DNA of 64,000 bases from sequence record NZ_CP104306.1; one strand, 5' to 3'. The notes under the pieces were generated by a model, which saw nothing but the letters and a program-made list of their open reading frames with translations, was not told the origin of the DNA and searched no databases. Made by a program: the position numbers and the translations under genes. Shown here piece after piece: positions 38,078 to 46,141 of the stretch. This DNA comes from a plasmid. The first letter of the stretch is position 1, and each line of letters begins with the position of its first letter.

Positions 38078-39122
38078 TAGCTGTCATGAGTGATTTATTC
38101 CAGTATGCCACCAAGGTCTCTTTCATAGCACCAAACAAGTAATTTTCGACGTTGTTAATTTTTTTACTGTCAGAACGTAAAACGTTAAAAAACCGGCGCA
38201 TAGTCTTGTTTATCATTTCTTGGCATAGCGGATCGTCAAGTACAATCGCCGTTCCTTCATGTTCCCTTTCTACAGCCTTTTTGGCATTTAGGATAATGCC
38301 GAGGAACCGATGCAATTGTTTAGGTGAGCGGCACCAAAGGCCTAGCAGTTCAACGCCTTCTTTGTTGAGAAAGAGGCCACCTGTTGTTGATTCAGGCAGA
38401 TAGTTTCTGGCATTTTTTACGAGATCTTGATTTTGCTTTTTAATGATCTCAGGTGAATATCGATTTGTGGAAAAGTCCAGTTTTTCTGTCTCTTTATTGT
38501 CTCTAGTATTTGTATCTAAAGTCTTATATAGATTGTGACCGATTTTCGGTTTCCCGCTATTTTCAAGGGGTCCGGCTTCACTTGAGTTCTTATGTCGCGG
38601 GCGACCGATTTTCGGTTTCCCGCTGTTTTCGGTGGCTTGGACGGTCTCTTGCGGGCGACCGATTTTCGGTTTCCCGTACTGTGTATGGGTTTTTACGTCT
38701 TCATTAGGTTCAAAAGCCTTGAGATAAACATCAGTTGCACTAACATCCAGTTCGGATAAATATAGCCGATTTGGCTCATTTTTTCCCGTTTTAGGATTAA
38801 ACCCGACTACTTCTTGATAAAGTAAATTTGCATTTATGAGATCTGATTTAACCTTACGAAGTTTATCGTTTGACCAATGCATTAGCGATTTCAGCTCTTG
38901 GTTTGTAAAAATGAAATACACATGATTTGATTCATCAATCCAATTGTTTTTTAACGAGTAGTCGAGCCTGCTTTGAAGAACCATATAGGCAATTTTGGCA
39001 CTATCGCTAAGGGACTTATATTTTTCTCCGTATAGCAAAACTTGTGGAAATTGGAAGTATTTTTTTTGATACGCAGAAGATTTTTCAATAAAAGTGAATT
39101 TGTGCTTTGAATGTGTCATCAT
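38052..39122 (-). CDS. repA: RepA_N-family plasmid replication initiator
   Basis: FQFPQVLLYGEKYKSLSDSAKIAYMVLQSRLDYSLKNNWIDESNHVYFIFTNQELKSLM is the RepA_N N-terminal signature. The iterons lie inside the coding sequence. Confidence 0.65.
   Translation of the reverse strand: MMTHSKHKFTFIEKSSAYQKKYFQFPQVLLYGEKYKSLSDSAKIAYMVLQSRLDYSLKNNWIDESNHVYFIFTNQELKSLMHWSNDKLRKVKSDLINANLLYQEVVGFNPKTGKNEPNRLYLSELDVSATDVYLKAFEPNEDVKTHTQYGKPKIGRPQETVQATENSGKPKIGRPRHKNSSEAGPLENSGKPKIGHNLYKTLDTNTRDNKETEKLDFSTNRYSPEIIKKQNQDLVKNARNYLPESTTGGLFLNKEGVELLGLWCRSPKQLHRFLGIILNAKKAVEREHEGTAIVLDDPLCQEMINKTMRRFFNVLRSDSKKINNVENYLFGAMKETLVAYWNKSLMTANGGDPDEF
38537..38678. repeat. Three 22-bp iterons (gaccgattttcggtttcccgct) inside repA, spaced 66 and 54 bp apart
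   Basis: Copies at 38537..38558, 38603..38624 and 38657..38678. They encode the repeated peptide SGKPKIG(R)P. Confidence 0.6.
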
Positions 39123-39224
39123 GGATTCTCCTTATACAAAAAAAGAACGTGGCTACACGCCAAATTCTAAGTGTTTTTTTCGTCGAAGTAAACAATAAAA
39201 TTATGCTGATGCCTTAATGTGGGC

Positions 39225-39500
39225 AATTGATAGCGACGTCAAAGTGTCTTAGTCCTTTAGTACTTTGAAGTCATAGTATCTAGATAGCAAAGTGGCAAAG
39301 TACTTTGACGCCTGCGGTACTTAAATACTTTGACACTGTGCGTGCGTGTGTACCGTGTGATTAAAGTACCTTAGTGTCTTTTTCTGATGGAGACCGGCTG
39401 ATTAACTGAGTTTAAATCTAAAGGCGAGACAAAAGCATTAAAGTACTTTGCAGTCCTTAGTACCTTGACGTCATAGTACCAAAGTGTCATAATGCCAATA
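39225..39500. promoter_or_regulatory. Centromere-like repeat array (at least 7 copies of AGTACTTTGAC-like motifs, both orientations) upstream of parA
   Basis: aaagtactttgacgcc, gtacttaaatactttgacac, ttaaagtaccttagtgtc, aaagtactttgcagtcc, tagtaccttgacgtcat and agtaccaaagtgtcat. Confidence 0.45.
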
Positions 39501-39536
39501 GTACTTAGGTACTTAGAACGCAAAGGAGGAAATGCA

Positions 39537-40304
39537 ATGCCTTGCTTAACAATTGCAATTGCAAATCAAAAGGGTGGTGTAGCGAAAACTACAACCGTTA
39601 GTGAGTTAGGAGAACTGCTATCGCAGCAATATCATAAAAAGGTATTGATGATTGACATTGATCCTCAGGCAAGTTTGACTTCCATTAAAGGTGATATGAA
39701 TGACATAATTATCAACAATCGAAAAACTATGTCGAACGTTATGCTCAGGCAATCTTCGATTGACGAAATTGTTATTCCCATCAAGACAAACTTGTACTTA
39801 GCTCCTGCAACTTTAGTTCTATCGGATGTAGAGCTTAACATCATTAATGCAACACTTCGGGAATTAATTTTAAAGGCTGCGTTGAATTCGATGTTGGGAA
39901 GTTATGATTTTGTTCTGATTGATTGTCCACCGAGTAGGGGACTACTTACAGTTAATGCACTTAGCGCTAGTGATTATGTTTTAATTCCGATACAAGCCGA
40001 ATACCAAGCATTACTTGGACTTCAATTATTGAAAAATACTGTGGCCAATGTTCAATCGCAAATCAATAAGGAATTGAAGGTATGGGGATACGTGGTTACC
40101 ATGACAACGCGAACCAATCAATCATCAGATACATTGAACGAAATTAAAAAGGATCACTACCCAATTTTAAGTACGATTCCACGATCCACCAAGGTTTCAG
40201 ATGCAGGAGTAGCTAACATGTCTACCTATGAATTTGACACGAATAATCCAGCTGGATCAGCGTATTTAAAACTTTCTGAAAAGTTACTCGGTTTAGAAAT
40301 GTAG
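39537..40304 (+). CDS. parA: ParA-family partition ATPase
   Basis: Deviant Walker A IANQKGGVAKTTT. RBS aaaggagga lies 7 nt upstream of the ATG at 39537. Confidence 0.75.
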   Translation: MPCLTIAIANQKGGVAKTTTVSELGELLSQQYHKKVLMIDIDPQASLTSIKGDMNDIIINNRKTMSNVMLRQSSIDEIVIPIKTNLYLAPATLVLSDVELNIINATLRELILKAALNSMLGSYDFVLIDCPPSRGLLTVNALSASDYVLIPIQAEYQALLGLQLLKNTVANVQSQINKELKVWGYVVTMTTRTNQSSDTLNEIKKDHYPILSTIPRSTKVSDAGVANMSTYEFDTNNPAGSAYLKLSEKLLGLEM

Positions 40305-40314
40305 GTGTAGTTAA

Positions 40315-40698
40315 ATGGCAAATCGCAAACGAGTATCAATATCTGAAAAGAATATCCCGAACCCTGCTACTTACGATTCTTTATTCAAAAATGAGGGCAG
40401 TACGCAAAGAATAGAAAATGCTGATAAGAAAGAAGAACGCGAGAGCAGTAAAGACGTTCAAAAAAAGTTGCACAGATTTGAGGATATAAAAGCTTATTAT
40501 TTAAATTTCGACAGAAAAAAGCAGATTTCAACATATATGCCTAGAGCATTACAAATAAAATTGAAGTCAAAGGCCGCTGCTGAAAATATGACCTTGTCGC
40601 AATTCTTGCTGAATTTAATCTTGAGCCAAGGTTTAACTGACCAAGAAATTAAAGAAGCTTATCAATATGAAATTGACCATCCAGAAATTAATAAGTAA
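40315..40698 (+). CDS. Partition adaptor protein with a C-terminal ribbon-helix-helix (ParG/omega-like)
   Basis: RALQIKLKSKAAAENMTLSQFLLNLI is an RHH motif. It sits immediately downstream of parA. Confidence 0.5.
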   Translation: MANRKRVSISEKNIPNPATYDSLFKNEGSTQRIENADKKEERESSKDVQKKLHRFEDIKAYYLNFDRKKQISTYMPRALQIKLKSKAAAENMTLSQFLLNLILSQGLTDQEIKEAYQYEIDHPEINK

Positions 40699-40772
40699 AG
40701 GGTGAGTTATCAAAATAAACGCTTAATTTCTCAGAATGCCTAAGCAATTAAAAAAGCCAACAAATTGAACTG

Positions 40773-41240
40773 TTAGTGTATCTTGGGAAAAGCCTTTAGA
40801 TTGCTATGTCCATGTATTAAGTCTTGTTGCACCTCTGTGTCTGGAAGAATCAAATGATTGGTATCACGGTATTCAATGCTTAGGTTAGAATGCTGCTTCA
40901 AAGAAGAAAGAAAATGCTCATACTGGTCTTTATTACGTTTGAAGCAGGCGATCTCATAGCTTTTGGTCAACTTTGCTTTGAACCGTTGCATGTAGATGAA
41001 GAATGAGTAGCAGTCTTCAAAGTGGTTATCGACCACCACCAACCAATAACGAGTGTGCGGCGCACGGGTGAAGTAATGATCGTACTGTGACAGCATCAAT
41101 TTAATGCCAAGCCTTAGTTCGGTTTCCTTATCCATGATGCCCACCAACCAATCCGGCGCGATCAATTGCGGTCGCGCCTTTTTCTTTGGAGTAGCCCCGA
41201 ACAATTGCTTTGTAGCCATATAGCTGACGAATCTTGTCAA
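40773..41240 (-). CDS. Hypothetical protein overlapping the 3' end of the polymerase gene
   Basis: A 155-aa ORF. Confidence 0.3.
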   Translation of the reverse strand: MTRFVSYMATKQLFGATPKKKARPQLIAPDWLVGIMDKETELRLGIKLMLSQYDHYFTRAPHTRYWLVVVDNHFEDCYSFFIYMQRFKAKLTKSYEIACFKRNKDQYEHFLSSLKQHSNLSIEYRDTNHLILPDTEVQQDLIHGHSNLKAFPKIH

Positions 41241-42435
41241 TTGTTTGATCTAACAAAACGTTTGCTTCCTCCTTCTCTGCTGATTCAAATAGACTAAGTT
41301 GCATCGAGCTTGCAAGACTGATGCGATTAACACGAACTGAAACATTTCTGACGGCATGGCCGTTCCACTTACTATGGAAGAGATAGCGAGCGGCGCGAAT
41401 CAAATCGTCAGTGCGGTTTGTGGGATCAATCTTCATTTGCGCACCGAAACCGGAGGTGCCCGCTTCTTCTGCATCAGCATAACCAATTCCAACGCTAACC
41501 ACTTCACCTTGTACTTGATGGTGACGAAGTCGGCCCGCCACTTGATCAGCAATCTCGCTAAGCACGACTTCAATCTCCCTTGCCTGCGTGTAATCACGCA
41601 TGAGTACCTGACTATTGCCATAGCCTTTGTTCTCAGCGCGTGGCAAATAGCGACGAGTCAAATCCGAGTAATCAATACCCCACGAATGGAAATACAAGGC
41701 ATCGCCGAGAACGCCGAAGCGTTGATGTAATAAAAGCCGATCGGTGTGTGCAAGATCATAGAGGCTGTGAATGCCTATTGCATTAAGCTTTTTTGCGGTA
41801 CGGCTGCCGATTGACCAGAAATCGGCCAAGTCATGTAGTTGCCATATGGTTTCGGGTACCCGGTCGTAAGTCCAAGTGGCTTGCCACGGAGCGGCTTTCT
41901 TGGCTTCGTTATCGAGAGCCAGTTTTGCCAGTAGAGGATTCTGACTAATACCAACGGTCGTGATAATGCCAAACTGATCGAACACCTTTTTTTGAATTTG
42001 CGTTGCGATTTCTTGATTAGAGCCGAAGAGATTATGTGAGTGGGTGACGTCAATAAAGGATTCATCAATAGAATAAGGGTACCAATGAGCATCGTCAGTA
42101 AACTGGCGATAAATACGATTAATCCCGTAGTTCTTGCGAATATAATCCGCCATCCGTGGTTCGGCCAGTTCAATCTGCATGTCGTCCCGCAATTGAAAGC
42201 GGCGCGTGCTCAAGCCAACATGGTAACGTTTCTTGCAGTTGGGACTAGCAGCTAACACCAGGCCGCCAGGAGAATCGCCTTTGCTAAGCACGGCAATATC
42301 AGCTGCCAGCGGGTGAATGCCGCGTCGAATGGCCTCAACTGATGCGTAAAAGGACTTGCAGTCAATACACATGATGTCGTGTACCGGTAGTCTCGTTGGA
42401 TCATCTAGTGGCGTGGTCATGCTAACGCCCACCAC
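41128..42435 (-). CDS. Y-family translesion DNA polymerase (UmuC/UvrX-like)
   Basis: VHDIMCIDCKSFYASVE at the N-terminus (the catalytic D..FYA motif). Confidence 0.8.
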   Translation of the reverse strand: MVGVSMTTPLDDPTRLPVHDIMCIDCKSFYASVEAIRRGIHPLAADIAVLSKGDSPGGLVLAASPNCKKRYHVGLSTRRFQLRDDMQIELAEPRMADYIRKNYGINRIYRQFTDDAHWYPYSIDESFIDVTHSHNLFGSNQEIATQIQKKVFDQFGIITTVGISQNPLLAKLALDNEAKKAAPWQATWTYDRVPETIWQLHDLADFWSIGSRTAKKLNAIGIHSLYDLAHTDRLLLHQRFGVLGDALYFHSWGIDYSDLTRRYLPRAENKGYGNSQVLMRDYTQAREIEVVLSEIADQVAGRLRHHQVQGEVVSVGIGYADAEEAGTSGFGAQMKIDPTNRTDDLIRAARYLFHSKWNGHAVRNVSVRVNRISLASSMQLSLFESAEKEEANVLLDQTIDKIRQLYGYKAIVRGYSKEKGATAIDRAGLVGGHHG

Positions 42436-42836
42436 CGGTCAGGATTGAGCAAAGCTACGTTACGAATATCAGCGGCATTGACTGATTGGGTGTCGCCGTT
42501 CTTGAGTTGTAAATAAACCTGATCGTCCCAATGACCAATAACGGCGCCCTCAATATCTGGTAGCAACCGATCATCGTAGGGTGTGCCAATTTGAACGGCT
42601 ACGATTTTTGCATTTTGCCAGGCATCTTCAAGGATGTCGCTAATGGTTTCTTGAGACTGTTCTGGCTTTGGTTCGACAGGACGTTCAGAAATGGAAGCTT
42701 TCTCCATATAGGCAGAATGATCACTGAGAATCCAACCGAGCCATTTCTTCATGCCGCGATCAGGATAAAGCCACTGTTCTCTAGGTACATTGTTTTCCAT
42801 CATGAACACCTCCACATCATAATTATACGAACACAT
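42417..42836 (-). CDS. YolD-like protein (UmuD-analog accessory of Gram-positive Y-family polymerases)
   Basis: PDRGMKKWLGWILSDH resembles the YolD RGMIKW.PF motif. It overlaps the polymerase start, matching the yolD-uvrX gene order. Confidence 0.5.
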   Translation of the reverse strand: MCSYNYDVEVFMMENNVPREQWLYPDRGMKKWLGWILSDHSAYMEKASISERPVEPKPEQSQETISDILEDAWQNAKIVAVQIGTPYDDRLLPDIEGAVIGHWDDQVYLQLKNGDTQSVNAADIRNVALLNPDRWWALA

Positions 42837-42904
42837 GTTCGATTAGTCAATGAGAGCTACTTGCTTATATCCCAAATGAGATATATAATTTAGAGGAAGC
42901 AAAA

Positions 42905-43114
42905 TTGTCAAATAGGAGGCAGATATTGAAGCTGAGAGACAAAGTACAAGCGTTGCTTGACAGTGATGCTACGTCCTATGCAATTGCTAAGGAAACCGGG
43001 ATCAGCAATTCAACAATCGTGGAGCTACGGCATGGCAAAAGAAAACTCAGCAACATCACATTGAAGGTTGCTGAGCGATTAGGGGAATATTATGACACGC
43101 ACCAGGCAAAATAG
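42905..43114 (+). CDS. Small XRE-type HTH regulator
   Basis: SYAIAKETGISNSTIVELRHGKR. It is divergent from the yolD operon. Confidence 0.5.
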   Translation: MSNRRQILKLRDKVQALLDSDATSYAIAKETGISNSTIVELRHGKRKLSNITLKVAERLGEYYDTHQAK

Positions 43115-43135
43115 AAGCTGTCGTATTCGTTAAGA

Positions 43136-43558
43136 CTATGGATTCTTCACTAGCGAATGATCTACTTTAACCATCGTGAAAGATGCCTGTGTTGTGCCAC
43201 TCTGAACGGAACCTGAAATTGTATTACCGTCAGACTTTGAAATGGTAAATACTGTGTTTGGGTTATTGGAATCTGAGCTAATAAGCTCGAATTGAGAATT
43301 GCTCAGATATTTGACGGAGCCAAGTTTGTCTTTGGAAACAGTGTATTGTCCATCGTTTTGTTCAACATTGTAGACGTTTGTGTCTGTAAACTTAAGCGGA
43401 GTAACTTGATCGTAATTGCTCATTTTTACATTCCAAACATTGTTTGCCAACGTTTGTTGTATACTTTTTGGCCATAAGAAGACTGCCAATATAATAATGG
43501 CAAACAGAGCAACTAAAATGGTTATAATACCATTGCGTGATTTGATTTTGTTGATCAA
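43136..43558 (-). CDS. Membrane-anchored hypothetical protein
   Basis: An N-terminal transmembrane segment IITILVALFAIIILAVFLW. Confidence 0.3.
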   Translation of the reverse strand: MINKIKSRNGIITILVALFAIIILAVFLWPKSIQQTLANNVWNVKMSNYDQVTPLKFTDTNVYNVEQNDGQYTVSKDKLGSVKYLSNSQFELISSDSNNPNTVFTISKSDGNTISGSVQSGTTQASFTMVKVDHSLVKNP

Positions 43559-43804
43559 ATGACATCACCTATCTTTCATAGTTTTAAAATCATTCATAGA
43601 CTAAGCATAACATTATTCACAAAGAGATAATTTACAACCAGATATCCAGAGGCATTAGACGAGCATCATTAAGGCACACTAAATCAAACTCGGAGAAGAA
43701 TGATGCATTGAGATGTACTGTCAGAACTTCAATAGCGGTGATTTCATTTTCTGGATTTCAAAGAGTAGCTTGCTAACTATAAGTAACGCAAGGAGGAAGG
43801 AAAT

Positions 43805-44365
43805 ATGAAAGCTGTGGAAGGAGTTGCGATTTACTTAAGCGGTGTTTTTTCTCAAGTAATAGTAACCTTGTTTCAAAATTGGATCAAACGTCGACAACAG
43901 CGTAGCGAACGCATAGGGGAAGCATTTGAAAATATTTATGGTGATTGGCAGGAAGTGTTAAGCTTCCTAGGAAAAGTGAACGACAATTTCAAAAACTGGC
44001 AGAAATGGAACGATGAAAACTTGGCAAATCCTAATTATTATGATGACAATCAAATTTATGAACCCAAACCAGTGATGGAGCAGAAAAGTTTTCAAGAAAA
44101 GTTTGAAGATGCTGCAAAATCATTTAACAAAATTAGTAAGGTAATAAATGAGTTTCAACTTTTTCTTACCGACAAACAACGCAGCAAGGTTATATTGGCA
44201 ATGGATACCATTGATAGCATGCTTCGTGATATAGATCAGTTATGTTTTGTATATGGAGAAGAAAACTACGTTGATGATGAAGATCTACCTTACAATGCTG
44301 ACAAAGCCAAGATTTTGAGAGATGCAGATCGTGTGATTAAGAATAAGGCTAAAAGGGGAGTGTAG
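43805..44365 (+). CDS. Hypothetical protein
   Basis: A 186-aa ORF with RBS aaggaggaagg upstream. Confidence 0.35.
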   Translation: MKAVEGVAIYLSGVFSQVIVTLFQNWIKRRQQRSERIGEAFENIYGDWQEVLSFLGKVNDNFKNWQKWNDENLANPNYYDDNQIYEPKPVMEQKSFQEKFEDAAKSFNKISKVINEFQLFLTDKQRSKVILAMDTIDSMLRDIDQLCFVYGEENYVDDEDLPYNADKAKILRDADRVIKNKAKRGV

Positions 44366-44802
44366 AGTATCATCAGTTGAACCTTTAAGCAGTTATATTT
44401 TTAGACGAATGAGGAACAACCTCAAAGTAGCCAAAATTAAAAAAGAAGAGATTGCGTGTTGCACTCTCCAATTATGCTAGTGTGTCCTTTCGGGCAGGTT
44501 TTGTTATCCGAAAAGTCCCTAACTTGCGTGGCTCATTTTTTAGTGTGTCTAGCTCTAAATGCTGTAATTTAATTAGTGGCCGGTGAAAGCTTATGCATTT
44601 CCCGATAGATCAACACTTAAGCAAGCAAACACAGGAGTTTTGATGTATGGCTATTCGCCAGTTTAGTATACTTGTTCGCACTTTATCCCTTTGAACATGA
44701 ATAAGTTCAAACTGGGAACGCAACATCTCAAATTTCACATTTATTTTGTATGATCACAAGTACTGATCCATCAACGATCTCTTGTTGGATCTGCCTTTAC
44801 TT

Positions 44803-45853
44803 CCTAGATTGCAATAATAAAGTTACCACCTAGAAAGAGGCTTGCTCACTGCTTGAACTGGGGTTTGCCAACGGAGACATTTTCTAGGTTTGTTATTGAT
44901 AAGCGCTGTGGCTTGTTGAATATCGGTCTCTGAAACCTGATCAAACTGTGTTCCCTTCGGGAAATAGTAGCGAAGTTCTCGATTGAACCGTTCATTTGTG
45001 CCCCGTTCATTCGGGTGATAGGCGTGGCAAAAGTAAACCGGTATCCGATAGCGCTTTGTAAGCGCCTGATCGCAGGAAAACTCTTTACCGTGATCAACCG
45101 TCACTGATCGAACCGGACCCGGAAAGTCCACCATCAGTCTTGCAAATCCCTTGAGAACAGCATTTTGTGATAAGTTTTCAAGCTTAGTTGTCGCCATTAA
45201 ACGTGTCACCCGATCGACAATGGTCAAAACAGCAGCCTTTGACCCGCGACCACCGCGAACTGTATCCATCTCTAAATGTCCTTTTTCGGTTCGCCGGTTA
45301 GCTGACTCACTGCGAATCTCAATTGAGGTGCCTACTGCTTGGTTATAGCGCGACCGAAGGTCTTGTCTACTTTTATGACGTTTACCGTGATCAAAGAGTT
45401 GGCTTGGCTGAAAATCGACTTGTCTTTGATAAATCCAGTGGTAAATCGTGTGTGGCGCACAGTGAACGGCATAACCGACCATTTCAGGGGACCAACCTAG
45501 GTTTAGCTTCTCAGTTACCATCCGCTTCAACTTAGGCGTTAAAATCGAGTGCCGACCACAACGATGCCGACAAGTATCGGCATGATCCTGAGCTATAATG
45601 GCGCAGTAATCACCTTCAGGGCAACGGTGAAGCTCATGCCTAATAGAAATACGAGAGCGGCCTAAGGTCGCGGCGATGTATTGAATCGTGTGATGTTGCA
45701 TCAGTTCTATCTGAGATCGTTCAATTAAGGTTATAATGGCCATGGGACCTGTCCTTCTCTCTAGATGGTATGTTATGCAAACACCATTTTAGCAAGAACG
45801 GACAGGTCTTTTTTCACATTTTCTGGGTGGTAACTTTAATTATGCAATCTAGG
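44803..45853 (-). mobile_element. IS30-family insertion sequence, copy A (1051 bp), flanked by 4-bp direct repeats ACTT
   Basis: Imperfect terminal inverted repeats cctagattgcaataataaagttaccacc / cctagattgcataattaaagttaccacc. ACTT at 44799..44802 and 45854..45857. Confidence 0.75.
44823..45743 (-). CDS. IS30-family transposase
   Basis: A 306-aa protein with an HTH N-terminus and DDE region (DHGKEF...HPNERGTNERFN). It is nearly identical to the copy at 50970..51890. Confidence 0.85.
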   Translation of the reverse strand: MAIITLIERSQIELMQHHTIQYIAATLGRSRISIRHELHRCPEGDYCAIIAQDHADTCRHRCGRHSILTPKLKRMVTEKLNLGWSPEMVGYAVHCAPHTIYHWIYQRQVDFQPSQLFDHGKRHKSRQDLRSRYNQAVGTSIEIRSESANRRTEKGHLEMDTVRGGRGSKAAVLTIVDRVTRLMATTKLENLSQNAVLKGFARLMVDFPGPVRSVTVDHGKEFSCDQALTKRYRIPVYFCHAYHPNERGTNERFNRELRYYFPKGTQFDQVSETDIQQATALINNKPRKCLRWQTPVQAVSKPLSRW

Positions 45854-46141
45854 ACTTCAACTGTTTATAAGCGTTTTGTATCAATATCCAGAAAAAAATA
45901 TAAAGCTTTCACCAGCCACTAATAAGTTTTGAATCAGGCAAGCCACAGAAGGGATTTATTCGGCCTTGATCAACATTCGTCATTCAGATAGTTTCACGGC
46001 ACATGAAAAACGAGATTGAAATTACAAAGTCATCGTTCCCTTATGAGAAATCGTTGAAAAAGAAATATAAAGCAGGCGCCGTATGCTGAAGTTGCAAAGT
46101 GTCACCGTGCACCGCTGGCAAAGCATTAAAAATTATTAGGG

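Noticed and set aside
38537-38678. Three 22-bp direct repeats with unique spacers of 32-44 bp, considered as a CRISPR candidate
   Set aside because: There are only three copies with irregular spacing, inside the RepA_N gene. They fit in-gene iterons, and there is no leader or cas context.
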